A stretch of 64,000 bases of DNA from Oscillospiraceae bacterium (GTDB taxonomy: Bacteria > Bacillota > Clostridia > Oscillospirales > Ruminococcaceae): NCBI GenBank assembly GCA_965226565.1, contig CBDDDI010000004.1:408942-472941 (forward strand), read 5' to 3'. This document shows positions 18,069-27,439 of this stretch, piece after piece. Numbering within the stretch: position 1 is the stretch's first letter; every line of letters begins with the position of its first letter. The position numbers were made by a program, and so were the translations under genes. Under the pieces are notes generated by a model. The model was not told the origin of the DNA and searched no databases. It saw only the letters and a list, made by a program, of their open reading frames with translations.

Positions 18069-18294
18069 ATTCTATATCCAATATTTTACATAATATAATG
18101 CTATATCATCAATTATAGCCCTTATAAATAGTATTTATAAAAGTATTTAAAACATATATGTTATTTTCCACAATATGTTTGTTATAAATTAATAATAATT
18201 AATGTAATATTTATATTTACTATTTTACATAAATATGTTATTATATTGTTAACATAATTAATAAATTTAAAAATACTGGAAGGGGCAAACAATA

Positions 18295-19203
18295 ATGATT
18301 TATACTCTCACATTTAATCCTGCAATTGATTACATTGTTGATGTTAATTCTATTGTCACAGGAAAAGTAAATAGAGCTACGCATCATGAGTTTAGATGTG
18401 GAGGTAAAGGCATAAATGTTTCTACTATGTTAAATAATTTAGGCCACAAATCTGTTGCTTTGGCTTTTGTTGCCGGTTTTACTGGACAAACTCTTGAAGA
18501 TATGCTGCGCGAATCCTTTGTTTATACGGATTTTATCTACCTTCCTTCTGGTTCTACTAGAATTAATTTGAAAATAAAAGATGAAAGTGTTACTGAAATA
18601 AACACTGATGGACCTGCTATTCCTAAATATTGTTTGGATATTCTAGATCAAAAACTTAAATGGGTTGATGATGGTGATATCTTTATTTTATCAGGTAGCA
18701 TTCCTTCTTCTTTGCCAACTGATACTTATGAAAAAATATTACAACAATTAAAAGATAAAAGAGTCAAACTTGTTGTTGATGCAACAAAACAATTATTGTT
18801 AAAAGTATTAAAATACAAACCATTTTTAATAAAACCTAATTTAGAAGAACTTTCTGAAACTTTAGGTAAATCATTTAACTCTGAACAAGAGCTTTTTGAA
18901 GCCTGTAAGTACCTGCAACACTTAGGTGCTCAAAATGTTTTATTATCTCTTGGTCATAAAGGCGCTATATTGCTTGACTCTTATGGAGAATTTCATCGTA
19001 TTGATGCTCCTGTAGGAAATGTCAAAAACAGCGTTGGAGCAGGAGACAGTATGGTTGCTGGATTTATCGCAGGATATATGAAATTTAACAGTTACGATTA
19101 CGCTTTAAAATTAGCAATTGCTTCAGGCAGTGCAACAACTTTCTCAGATACACTTGCTACTAGAAAAGAAGTCGAAACTACCTTCTTAAAATTAGATGCA
19201 TAA
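18295..19203 (+). CDS. fruK: 1-phosphofructokinase / tagatose-6-phosphate kinase family (PfkB)
   Basis: MIYTLTFNPAIDY N-terminus, GGKGINV, and a C-terminal GAGDSMVAGF anion-hole motif. No fruR or fruA gene is adjacent. Confidence 0.7.
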   Translation: MIYTLTFNPAIDYIVDVNSIVTGKVNRATHHEFRCGGKGINVSTMLNNLGHKSVALAFVAGFTGQTLEDMLRESFVYTDFIYLPSGSTRINLKIKDESVTEINTDGPAIPKYCLDILDQKLKWVDDGDIFILSGSIPSSLPTDTYEKILQQLKDKRVKLVVDATKQLLLKVLKYKPFLIKPNLEELSETLGKSFNSEQELFEACKYLQHLGAQNVLLSLGHKGAILLDSYGEFHRIDAPVGNVKNSVGAGDSMVAGFIAGYMKFNSYDYALKLAIASGSATTFSDTLATRKEVETTFLKLDA

Positions 19204-19209
19204 AAATAA

Positions 19210-19242
19210 GGCTACGAATTATAATCGTGGCCTTGTTTTTTT
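19210..19242 (+). terminator. terminator of the fruK-like gene
   Basis: GGCTACGA-7 nt-TCGTGGCC followed by TTGTTTTTTT. Confidence 0.65.
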
Positions 19243-19281
19243 ATATAAAATAAAGAGCTGTGAATAAAATCACAACTCTTT
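19243..19281 (-). terminator. terminator of the rplJL unit
   Basis: On the minus strand: AAGAGTTGTG-8 nt-CACAGCTCTT followed by a T-rich tract, 26 nt after the rplL stop. Confidence 0.6.
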
Positions 19282-19306
19282 TATTTATGCTCGAACTATG
19301 TTAAAA

Positions 19307-19675
19307 CTATTTAACTTCAACAGTTGCACCAGCAGCTTCAAGTTTAGCTTTGATTTCTTCAGCATCAGCTTTAGAAACAGCTTCTTTAATAGCTTTTGGA
19401 GCTGACTCAACAAGCTCTTTTGATTCTTTAAGACCAAGACCACAAATGTCTTTAACAGCCTTAATAACGCCCATTTTTGAATCACCAAATGAAGCAAGAA
19501 TTACATCGAATTCTGTTTTTTCTTCTGCAGCAGCAGCGCCACCAGCAGCAGGAGCAGCAGCAACAGCAGCTGTTACACCAAATTCTTCTTGAATTGCCTC
19601 TACTAATTCAGCAAGTTCAAGTACACTTAAACCTTTAACGTCTTCAACGAATTTTAAAATCTTTTCTGAAGCCAT
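19307..19675 (-). CDS. rplL: 50S ribosomal protein L7/L12
   Basis: [30 protein letters not shown], an Ala-rich hinge, and a C-terminal domain ending [14 protein letters not shown]. Confidence 0.97.
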   Translation of the reverse strand: MASEKILKFVEDVKGLSVLELAELVEAIQEEFGVTAAVAAAPAAGGAAAAEEKTEFDVILASFGDSKMGVIKAVKDICGLGLKESKELVESAPKAIKEAVSKADAEEIKAKLEAAGATVEVK

Positions 19676-19735
19676 GATTATAAATCTCCTTTAAATCTAA
19701 ATATTTACTCTTATGAGTACATTTTACACTGCAAA

Positions 19736-20239
19736 TTAAGCAGCGTCTTTGCTGTCAGCAACAGCTTTAATAATTGCAGCAAATTTTTGCATTGGTCCTT
19801 GTAATGATCCAACAAGTTGTGCAAGTAGAACATCTCTTGAAGGAATTTTTGATAAAGCGATAACACCTTTTTCATCATAAATTTCCTCACCAATGTATCC
19901 AGCTTTTAAACTAAATTTATCTTCAGTTTCTGAAGCAAATTTACCTAAAATTCTTGCAGGTGCAGTTTGATCTTCCATAGAAACAGCAATAGCAGTTGTT
20001 CCTTCAAGAACATTTGTCATATCGTCAAGACCAACGTTTTTAAATGCAAAACGCAATAATGAGTTTTTCTCTACTGTATAAGCAACTCCAGCTTCACGAA
20101 GCTCTTTTCTTAGCTTTGTGTCTTCTTCAACAGTGATACCCTTGTAATCTACAAGAACACCTGAAACAGAACTTTTGATAAGCTCAGTAAGTTGATTAAC
20201 TTTTTCCTGTTTTTGAAGTAATACCTTTTCACTTGGCAT
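19736..20239 (-). CDS. rplJ: 50S ribosomal protein L10
   Basis: The sequence is L10-like throughout. GGAGGTG lies 6 nt before the ATG at 20239, so the ORF-track start at 20254 is trimmed. Confidence 0.95.
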   Translation of the reverse strand: MPSEKVLLQKQEKVNQLTELIKSSVSGVLVDYKGITVEEDTKLRKELREAGVAYTVEKNSLLRFAFKNVGLDDMTNVLEGTTAIAVSMEDQTAPARILGKFASETEDKFSLKAGYIGEEIYDEKGVIALSKIPSRDVLLAQLVGSLQGPMQKFAAIIKAVADSKDAA

Positions 20240-20254
20240 AGTTTTCACCTCCAC

Positions 20255-20400
20255 GAAATGTTTAACAAATCGTTTCTAAAAGAAAAACCTCTTCTCATTA
20301 AATCGAGAAAAGGTACAAAGTTCATATACTCTGCTTAATCTTTCCTCGGCTGGATTTATGGCATAGCCACCAGCTGTCTTTAGAATACGATAGCTTTATT
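20255..20400 (-). promoter_or_regulatory. rplJ 5' leader with a terminator-type attenuator (L10 leader-like)
   Basis: An about 145-nt leader. On the minus strand, hairpin CCTTTTCTC-8 nt-GAGAAGAGG is followed by TTTTTCTTTT (20313-20277). A structured GC-richer segment GACAGCTGGTGGCTATGCC lies upstream. Firmicutes L10 operons are known to use such leaders. Confidence 0.5.
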
Positions 20401-20429
20401 ATTATATCATCTTAATCTTAATTTGTCAA
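20401..20429 (-). promoter_or_regulatory. rplJL promoter
   Basis: On the minus strand: TTGACA (20429-20424), a 17-nt spacer, then TATAAT (20406-20401). Confidence 0.6.
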
Positions 20430-20463
20430 CTAATAATTAATATGCAATTTTTACAATATTATA

Positions 20464-20491
20464 AGCAAAAAGAGTGCCAATTAGCACTCTT
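20464..20491 (-). terminator. terminator after rplA
   Basis: On the minus strand: AGAGTGC-6 nt-GCACTCT followed by TTTTTGC. Confidence 0.55.
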
Positions 20492-20503
20492 TATATAATC
20501 AAT

Positions 20504-21199
20504 CTATACGCCGTATCTGCCAGTATTAATTCTAACACCAGGTCCCATTGTTGAAGCAACAACGATTGACTTCAAATATTGACCTTTTGTTGCAGATGGT
20601 TTAGCTTTAACTACTGCTTCCATTAATGTTGAGAAGTTTTCTTCTAGTTTTTCTTGTCCAAAAGAAGCTTTTCCAATTGGGCAGTGAATAATGTTTGTTT
20701 TATCAAGACGATATTCAATTTTACCAGCTTTTGCTTCTCTAACAGCTTTTGCAACATCAGGAGCAACTGTTCCTGCTTTTGGGTTTGGCATTAATCCACG
20801 AGGTCCTAAAACCTTACCAAGACGTCCAACAAGACCCATCATATCAGGTGATGCAACTACTACATCAAATTCCATCCAGTTTTCTTTAGTGATTTTTTCT
20901 ACTAAATCTTCTGCTCCAACATAATCAGCTCCAGCTTCTTTTGCTGCTTCCATTTTGTCTTCTTTACAGAAAACACATACACGAACTGTTTTACCTGTTC
21001 CATTTGGAAGAACAACAGCTCCACGTACTTGTTGGTCAGCGTGACGTGAGTCAACACCAAGTCTTATATGTGCTTCAATTGTTTCATCAAATTTTGCTTT
21101 CGCATTAGCTGAAACTAAATCTAAAGCCTCGCTTGGCTCATATTGTTTTGTTTTATCAACGGCTTTCAACGCATCAACGTATTTCTTGCCATGTTTCAT
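20504..21199 (-). CDS. rplA: 50S ribosomal protein L1
   Basis: [20 protein letters not shown] and [20 protein letters not shown] lies 5 nt before the ATG at 21199. Confidence 0.95.
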   Translation of the reverse strand: MKHGKKYVDALKAVDKTKQYEPSEALDLVSANAKAKFDETIEAHIRLGVDSRHADQQVRGAVVLPNGTGKTVRVCVFCKEDKMEAAKEAGADYVGAEDLVEKITKENWMEFDVVVASPDMMGLVGRLGKVLGPRGLMPNPKAGTVAPDVAKAVREAKAGKIEYRLDKTNIIHCPIGKASFGQEKLEENFSTLMEAVVKAKPSATKGQYLKSIVVASTMGPGVRINTGRYGV

Positions 21200-21324
21200 A
21201 TTATTTTCCTCCCTCATAAGTGGTAATTAGCGGAATTTTCCTCCCACCAGCGGGTAAACTGATATTTATCAGCCACCTTGCGAATTTATTCGCAATAAAA
21301 ATGTTATTTTGTAAATTGTTTAGA

Positions 21325-21750
21325 CTAGTCTACTACAACTATTCCCATTGAACGAGCTGTTCCTTCGATCATGCTCATTGCTGTTTCTAATGAAGCAGCG
21401 TTAAGATCAGGCATTTTTTGCTCTGCGATCTTTTGAACTTGCTCTTTTGTGATGTTTGCAACTTTATCTCTGTTAGGAACACCTGAAGCAGATTCGATTC
21501 CACATGCTTTCTTAATTAGAACAGCTGCAGGTGGTGTTTTTGTAACAAAAGTAAATGAACGATCTGCATAAACAGTAATTACTACTGGAATTACTAATCC
21601 TATATCATTTTTTGTTCTTTCGTTAAATTCCTTTGTAAATGCCATAATATTTACACCGTGTTGTCCAAGTGCTGGTCCAACAGGTGGTGCTGGTGTTGCT
21701 TTTCCAGCAGCAATTTGTAATTTTATATAACCTACTACCTTTTGTGCCAT
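21325..21750 (-). CDS. rplK: 50S ribosomal protein L11
   Basis: [36 protein letters not shown], 141 aa. GGAGGTG lies 6 nt before the ATG at 21750. Confidence 0.96.
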   Translation of the reverse strand: MAQKVVGYIKLQIAAGKATPAPPVGPALGQHGVNIMAFTKEFNERTKNDIGLVIPVVITVYADRSFTFVTKTPPAAVLIKKACGIESASGVPNRDKVANITKEQVQKIAEQKMPDLNAASLETAMSMIEGTARSMGIVVVD

Positions 21751-21851
21751 ATTCTGCACCTCCATAAATTGTGGTAAAAGTCGAGCCAATTCAATTTTGA
21801 CCCTCCCACTAAAAGCATTATACTTTATATATTAACGCTTTTATTAACTCT

Positions 21852-22382
21852 TTAATATTCTTCAAGTTTTTTAACTTGAAAAATTTCAAGTGTTGCAGGC
21901 GTATCTCGCCCAAACATTGATACAACGATTTCTACCGTTTTTGCTTCTAAATCAATTGATTTGACTACTCCAACAAATCCTTCTAGATTTCCTGCTGTAA
22001 CTGTTACATTGTCTCCTTCTTTGAAGGCAACTTCAACTGATTTGCTATTGTCAACTCCCAAGCTCTTAACCTCTGCTTCTGAAAGAGGAATTGGTTTTGA
22101 TCCAGGCCCAACAAAACCTGTAACGCCTCTGATATTTCTTACAATGTACCATGTATCATCGTTTAATACCATCTTAACCAAAACATAACTTGGAAATATT
22201 TTGCGTTCAACTTCCTTAGACTTGTTTTCCTTAATTTCAGTAACAAGCTCTGTTGGTACTCTTACTTCAGGAAGCATATCATGAAGTCTTCTATTTTCCA
22301 CAACTTTTTCGATATTTTGTTTTACTTTATTCTCATATCCAGAATAAGTGTGAACAACATACCATCTTGCTGATTCTGACAT
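21852..22382 (-). CDS. nusG: transcription termination/antitermination factor NusG
   Basis: RWYVVHTYSGYENKV NGN domain and a C-terminal KOW (GDNVTVTAGNLEGFVGVVKSID). GGAGGG lies upstream of the ATG at 22382. Confidence 0.95.
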   Translation of the reverse strand: MSESARWYVVHTYSGYENKVKQNIEKVVENRRLHDMLPEVRVPTELVTEIKENKSKEVERKIFPSYVLVKMVLNDDTWYIVRNIRGVTGFVGPGSKPIPLSEAEVKSLGVDNSKSVEVAFKEGDNVTVTAGNLEGFVGVVKSIDLEAKTVEIVVSMFGRDTPATLEIFQVKKLEEY

Positions 22383-22418
22383 TACTTTCCCTCCACCAAA
22401 CACTTGAGATTAATTTTG

Positions 22419-22682
22419 TTATCTTCCTAATACTACATCAAAGATAACTTTTAGCAAGCTGTCTACTCCCCAGATAAACAAACCTGATACAGACATAGCT
22501 ATTAATACTACTCCAGTATTATTTAACACTTGCTTTTTTGTTGGCCAAACTACTTTTTTAACTTCCGCTTTTAATTCACGGAAAAATTTGAAAATCTTAT
22601 TTGGCTTTTTTACTTTGTTTGTTTTTGCGGATTTTTTTGCCTTCGTGGAGCTCTTTGAAACATCTTTTTGATTTTTTTTCAT
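22419..22682 (-). CDS. secE: preprotein translocase subunit SecE
   Basis: A basic N-terminus, then FFRELKAEVKKVVWPTKKQV and a single TM. It lies between rpmG and nusG. Confidence 0.9.
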   Translation of the reverse strand: MKKNQKDVSKSSTKAKKSAKTNKVKKPNKIFKFFRELKAEVKKVVWPTKKQVLNNTGVVLIAMSVSGLFIWGVDSLLKVIFDVVLGR

Positions 22683-22700
22683 CTTCAGCCCACCTTCCGC

Positions 22701-22850
22701 TTATTTTGTTTCTTTGTGAAGAGTATGTTTCTTACAGAACTTGCAATATTTATTCATTTCAAGTCTGTCTGGATCATTCTTCTTGCTTTTCTTAGAGTTG
22801 TAATTTCTTTGTTTGCATTCTGTGCATGCTAATGTAATTTTAACTCTCAT
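22701..22850 (-). CDS. rpmG: 50S ribosomal protein L33
   Basis: [49 protein letters not shown] (49 aa, CxxC...CxxC). AGGAGGTG lies 6 nt before the ATG at 22850. The longer ORF-track version is an artefact. Confidence 0.93.
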   Translation of the reverse strand: MRVKITLACTECKQRNYNSKKSKKNDPDRLEMNKYCKFCKKHTLHKETK

Positions 22851-23000
22851 TTCGGCACCTCCTGACCAAATTTGCATCCGTTTCACGAATGCTGTCGAAC
22901 AGCTTGTTATACACAAGCTTTGCCTCCCTCTTATTTTAGGTTTTTTACGCATATTTTTAAAAAATTGCACAAAAAATATACCCCAAAAGAGGTAATACTA

Positions 23001-23029
23001 ATATAACATATTTTTATAAAGCTTGTCAA
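23001..23029 (-). promoter_or_regulatory. promoter of the rpmG-secE-nusG-rplKA unit
   Basis: On the minus strand: TTGACA (23029-23024), a 17-nt spacer, then TTATAT (23006-23001). This leaves an about 145-nt leader before rpmG. Confidence 0.45.
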
Positions 23030-23110
23030 CCTCTATATTCAAATTTTTTACTATTATTCTATTTTTTGATATACATTTTACAGTCTAGTATTCTAAATTT
23101 ATTATGCATA

Positions 23111-23139
23111 TTGCCATAAAAATGATACTATGGTATAAT
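23111..23139 (+). promoter_or_regulatory. ddl promoter
   Basis: TTGCCA (23111-23116), a 17-nt spacer ending in TGG, then TATAAT (23134-23139). This is an extended -10. Confidence 0.55.
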
Positions 23140-23186
23140 ATTATAGTATTTAGGTTTATATATAGAATATAAGGGAGTGTTATTTT

Positions 23187-24254
23187 ATGTCCAAAACTCG
23201 TGTAGCTGTCATCTTTGGCGGCGTTTCAAACGAGCATGATATATCACTAATTTCAGCTACTCACATAATAAAAAGCATACCGAATAATACATATGAAGTA
23301 ATAATGATTGGCATTACTAAAAAAGGCAAGTGGTTGTTTTTTCCTGGTGATGTTAATTTACTTACAAACGGTTTATGGGAATCTCATCCTGATTGTACAC
23401 CTTGTTTGCTTAGTGCTGATCCAATGAACAAAGGATTTTTCAAAATTCTTTCTGATCATACTTTGATGCAACTAAAGGTGGATGTTGTTTTTCCTGTTTT
23501 ACATGGTAAAAATGGTGAAGACGGCACAATTCAAGGTTTGCTTTCTATGTCTAAAATTCCTTACGTAGGATGTGATGTTATTTCTTCTGCTAACTGTATG
23601 GACAAAGAAATTACTCATATACTATTAAATAATGCTGGAATAAAAACTGCTAATTGGGCAACTGTTTATGATTATCAATTATCAGAACTAGATAAAATTG
23701 CTCCGGAAATAATAAAAGAACTTAAATTTCCTATGTTTGTTAAACCAGCAAATTGCGGATCTTCTATTGGAATTAGCAAAGTAAATAATATTGAAACTTT
23801 AAAAGATGCAATTAAATTTGCTTTTGCTCACGATAAAAAAGTTATTATTGAAACAGGTATTGTAGGCAAAGAAGTTGAATGTGCTGTAATTGGAAACAAT
23901 TATATTGAAACATCTGATATTGGCGAAATTGAACCTGTTGATGGATTTTATGATTTTGAAGGAAAATATCAATCTTCTAATTGTGGTCTTTATATACCAG
24001 CAAGAATTTCTAAAGAACACAGCGAAAAAATACAAGAAATTGCTAAAAAAGCTTTCCGTGTTATGGGATGTAAAGGTCTAGCTAGAGTTGATTTTTTCTT
24101 ATGTGAAAATGGCGAAATATATCTTAGCGAAATCAACACAATGCCAGGTTTCACAAGTATAAGTATGTATCCTAATCTTATGGAGAACTTAGGAAAATCT
24201 CAGTCAGAATTAATTGAAGAATTAATAGATTTAGCTTTTGAAAGGGCAGATTAA
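23187..24254 (+). CDS. ddl: D-alanine--D-alanine ligase
   Basis: VAVIFGGVSNEHDISL, an ATP-grasp core, FYDFEGKY in the omega loop, and LSEINTMPGFT. Confidence 0.93.
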   Translation: MSKTRVAVIFGGVSNEHDISLISATHIIKSIPNNTYEVIMIGITKKGKWLFFPGDVNLLTNGLWESHPDCTPCLLSADPMNKGFFKILSDHTLMQLKVDVVFPVLHGKNGEDGTIQGLLSMSKIPYVGCDVISSANCMDKEITHILLNNAGIKTANWATVYDYQLSELDKIAPEIIKELKFPMFVKPANCGSSIGISKVNNIETLKDAIKFAFAHDKKVIIETGIVGKEVECAVIGNNYIETSDIGEIEPVDGFYDFEGKYQSSNCGLYIPARISKEHSEKIQEIAKKAFRVMGCKGLARVDFFLCENGEIYLSEINTMPGFTSISMYPNLMENLGKSQSELIEELIDLAFERAD

Positions 24255-24257
24255 AAC

Positions 24258-25070
24258 ATGAATAATAATGCAATTGGTATTTTTGATTCAGGTCTTGGTG
24301 GACTAACAACGGTAAAAGAGCTTAATAAACTTTTACCAAACGAAAATATTGTTTATCTTGGCGACACTGCTAGAGTTCCTTATGGTGCAAGAGGAAAAGA
24401 AACTATTGCAAAATACGCTTTACAAGACTTTTCTTTCTTGGAGCAAAAGAATGTTAAAATGATTATTGTAGCTTGCGGTACTGTAAGTGCAATAATGATG
24501 AGCAATCCTAATGTCAAATCTGAAATTATTCATACTGGTGTTCTTTTACCAGCAGTTACTGCTGCTTGTGGAGCAACACGAAACAACAGAATTGGTGTAA
24601 TCGGTACAAACGCAACAATTAAAAGTGGAGCTTATGGAAAATCAATTCGCTCTATTAAATCTAATGTGAACATTATTGGAAAAGCATGTCCTTTATTTGT
24701 TCCTCTTGTCGAAAACGGACATTTTCATAAAGATGATGAGGTTTCAAGGCTTGTTGCTGAAGAATATCTTGAAGTTATGAAAAAAGAAAAAGTAGACACT
24801 TTAATTCTTGGTTGTACTCATTATCCATTACTTACAGAACTTATTCAAGACATCTTAGGCGACGAAATAACTTTAATTAATCCAGGTGCAGAAGCTGCAA
24901 AATACGCTTGTGCATTGTTATCTGAAAAAGAAATGCTTAGTGACGAGGAAAATGGCACAAACGAATTTTATGTTACTGATAGCGTTGATATGTTTACAGA
25001 TAATTGCTTTTCATTCTTAGGAAAAGATATAAAAGGGACTATTAATCAATGTAGTCTGGAAAATTTTTAG
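24258..25070 (+). CDS. murI: glutamate racemase
   Basis: IGIFDSGLGGLTT, catalytic Cys motifs IVACGTVS and LGCTHYPLL. Confidence 0.93.
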   Translation: MNNNAIGIFDSGLGGLTTVKELNKLLPNENIVYLGDTARVPYGARGKETIAKYALQDFSFLEQKNVKMIIVACGTVSAIMMSNPNVKSEIIHTGVLLPAVTAACGATRNNRIGVIGTNATIKSGAYGKSIRSIKSNVNIIGKACPLFVPLVENGHFHKDDEVSRLVAEEYLEVMKKEKVDTLILGCTHYPLLTELIQDILGDEITLINPGAEAAKYACALLSEKEMLSDEENGTNEFYVTDSVDMFTDNCFSFLGKDIKGTINQCSLENF

Positions 25071-25080
25071 GAGAAATAAA

Positions 25081-25500
25081 TTGAATAATAAAGACGTCTT
25101 AATTACATTAAAAAGTGTTCAAAAAAATGAAAAAGATAGCGATGAAACCGAAATAATTACTCAAGGTTTATATACAAAAAATGAAGATGGTTACACAATT
25201 TCTTATGAAGAATCTTCTGCTACAGGATTTGGTGGATCTACAACTATATTAAAAGTTGTTGGAAAAGAACAGGTTACTATGGAACGAACTGGTTCTACTA
25301 CATCAAATTTGTTTATTGAAAGTGGAAAAAAACATCATTGTCATTATGGTACTCCTTATGGCGATTTTACAGTTGGAATCACAACTAAGAATATTACTTC
25401 AACGCTTACTGAAAATGGCGGTGACCTCTATCTTAACTATATTGTTGATATAAATTCAAGTTATGTTTCTGAAAACGAAATCTACGTGAATATAAAATAG
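25081..25500 (+). CDS. DUF1934 (YwiB-like) beta-barrel protein (TTG start)
   Basis: Size, the ITQGLYTKNEDGYTISYEE and LTMERTG patterns, and the conserved position directly upstream of argS as in other Firmicutes. Confidence 0.65.
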   Translation: MNNKDVLITLKSVQKNEKDSDETEIITQGLYTKNEDGYTISYEESSATGFGGSTTILKVVGKEQVTMERTGSTTSNLFIESGKKHHCHYGTPYGDFTVGITTKNITSTLTENGGDLYLNYIVDINSSYVSENEIYVNIK

Positions 25501-25515
25501 CAAGGAGAATTCAAA

Positions 25516-27201
25516 ATGACTAATCTACTAAACGAAGCTTCTATTGAAGTTCGTGAAATTATTTTAAAAGCAATAGGTGAGCTTGTTGCTGAAAATCAAT
25601 TACCTAAAGAAAGTATAGCTGCTTTTAATGTTGAAATTCCTGCAGATTCATCTCATGGTGATTTATCAACAAATGTTGCTATGGTATCTGCTAAAACTTT
25701 TAGAATGGCTCCAAGAAAAATTGCAGATCTTATTTGCTCTGCTGTTTATCTTGATGGAACTTATTTTGAAAAAGTTGAAGTTGCTGGTGCTGGATTTATA
25801 AATTTCTTTTTAGATAAAAAATGGTTCTCTAATGTTGTTTCTTCTGTTTTAACTGAAAAAGAACATTATGGCGAAACTGACCTTGGAAAAGGTAAAAAAC
25901 TTATGGTTGAATTTGTTTCAGCAAATCCAACTGGTCCTATGCATATAGGAAATGCTCGTGGCGGAGCAATAGGAGACTGCCTTGCTGCTGTTCTCCAAAA
26001 AGCTGGATATGATGTTACACGTGAGTTTTATGTTAATGATGCTGGAAACCAAATTGAAAAATTTGCAACAAGTTTAGAAATTCGTTATCTTCAACTTTAT
26101 AAAGATAATATTGAAATGCCTGAAGATAGTTATCATGGTGAAGATATTACTGCTCATTCTAAAGCTTTTGCTGAAAAATTTGGCGATAAATTCGTTAATG
26201 TTTCTGATAAAGAAAGAAGAGATGCTCTTGTTGAATTTGCTCTTCCTAAGAATATTAAAAAACTTGAAGATGATTTGCTTAAATACAGAATTAAATATGA
26301 CGTTTGGTTCTTAGAAAGTTTGCTTCATAATCAAGATAAAGTTATGAATGTTGTTAATATTTTAAAAGATAAAGGTTTGACTTACGAAAAAGACGGTGCT
26401 ATTTGGTATAAAGCTACTGAATTTGGCGCTGAAAAAGATGACGTTCTTGTTCGTGCAAACGGTATTCCAACTTACTTTACTGCTGATATCGCTTATCATT
26501 ATAATAAATTTGTTGATAGAGGTTTTGATAAAGTTATTAATGTTTGGGGCGCTGATCATCATGGTCATGTTGCAAGATTAAAAGGTGCTATGGAAGCTGT
26601 TGGAGTTGATCCTAACAAACTTGATGTTGTGTTAATGCAAATGGTTCGTCTTGTTAAAAACGGAGAAACTATTAAAGCTTCTAAACGTTCAGGTAAAGCT
26701 ATTACTTTAGTTACACTACTTGACGAAGTTCCAATTGATGCTGCTAGATTTTTCTTTAATTTAAGAGAATCAAATTCACATTTTGACTTTGATTTGGATT
26801 TAGCAATTAGCGAAACTTCTCAGAATCCAGTTTTCTATGTTCAATATGCTCATGCTAGAATTTGTTCTATTTTAAGAACTTTTGAAAAAGAAAATACTAA
26901 AATTGATTTGTCAAAAGCTGATTTCTCAATTTTAAACACTGCTGAAGAAAAAGAACTTATTAAATTTATTGGAACTTTACCAAACGTTGTTAATGACGCT
27001 GCGAAAAGTTATGATCCTGCTAAAATTACACGTTATGCTATTGATTTAGCAACTTATTTCCATAAATTTTATTCTGTTTGCCGTGTTATTGGAGAAAGTG
27101 ATGATATCACATCAGCTAGAATTAATTTATGTATAGCAACAAAAACTGTTATTAAAAATATTTTAGATATGCTTAACATTAGTTGTCCTGAAAGTATGTA
27201 A
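25516..27201 (+). CDS. argS: arginine--tRNA ligase
   Basis: HIGN motif in SANPTGPMHIGNARG, and a class I KMSK-like region KRSGKAITL. The C-terminal anticodon-binding domain ends in M. Confidence 0.95.
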   Translation: MTNLLNEASIEVREIILKAIGELVAENQLPKESIAAFNVEIPADSSHGDLSTNVAMVSAKTFRMAPRKIADLICSAVYLDGTYFEKVEVAGAGFINFFLDKKWFSNVVSSVLTEKEHYGETDLGKGKKLMVEFVSANPTGPMHIGNARGGAIGDCLAAVLQKAGYDVTREFYVNDAGNQIEKFATSLEIRYLQLYKDNIEMPEDSYHGEDITAHSKAFAEKFGDKFVNVSDKERRDALVEFALPKNIKKLEDDLLKYRIKYDVWFLESLLHNQDKVMNVVNILKDKGLTYEKDGAIWYKATEFGAEKDDVLVRANGIPTYFTADIAYHYNKFVDRGFDKVINVWGADHHGHVARLKGAMEAVGVDPNKLDVVLMQMVRLVKNGETIKASKRSGKAITLVTLLDEVPIDAARFFFNLRESNSHFDFDLDLAISETSQNPVFYVQYAHARICSILRTFEKENTKIDLSKADFSILNTAEEKELIKFIGTLPNVVNDAAKSYDPAKITRYAIDLATYFHKFYSVCRVIGESDDITSARINLCIATKTVIKNILDMLNISCPESM

Positions 27202-27206
27202 AAAAC

Positions 27207-27250
27207 AAACTGCAATTCTATTAATTTTAGAATTGCAGTTTTTATTTTTG
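27207..27250 (+). terminator. argS terminator
   Basis: AAACTGCAATTCTA-7 nt-TAGAATTGCAGTTT followed by TTATTTTT. Confidence 0.75.
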
Positions 27251-27401
27251 ATAGATATTATAAACTTTGTAGTTAAATCAAAATTATATTATTTTCTTAC
27301 TAAATATTTTTCTCTTTTCCAAATAAATAAAATTCAGCATTAGTTACACCTTTAATTTCATCTTCTGGCAAAGGTAAAAAATTTCCTGTTTAATTATTTA
27401 T

Positions 27402-27433
27402 AAAAAAATCCTCACTATAAAGTGAGGATTTTT
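27402..27433 (-). terminator. PFOR terminator (bidirectional form)
   Basis: ATCCTCACT-4 nt-AGTGAGGAT flanked by an A-run and a T-run, 7 nt after the stop at 27440. Confidence 0.75.
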
Positions 27434-27439
27434 AATATA

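Noticed and set aside
23187-24254. Possible D-Ala-D-Lac or D-Ala-D-Ser type ligase (omega-loop change FYDFEGKY)
   Set aside because: The substitution is at the first aromatic position. The Lys-Tyr pair that I recall as diagnostic of D-Ala-D-Ala ligases is retained, and no van-type genes are nearby.
27300-27392. 29-codon open frame on the minus strand (TGNFLPLPEDEIKGVTNAEFYLFGKEKNI) that reads like a protein C-terminus, possibly a gene remnant
   Set aside because: It has no ATG or GTG start, is bounded upstream by a stop, and lies between two terminators. It is too short to assign and may be chance.
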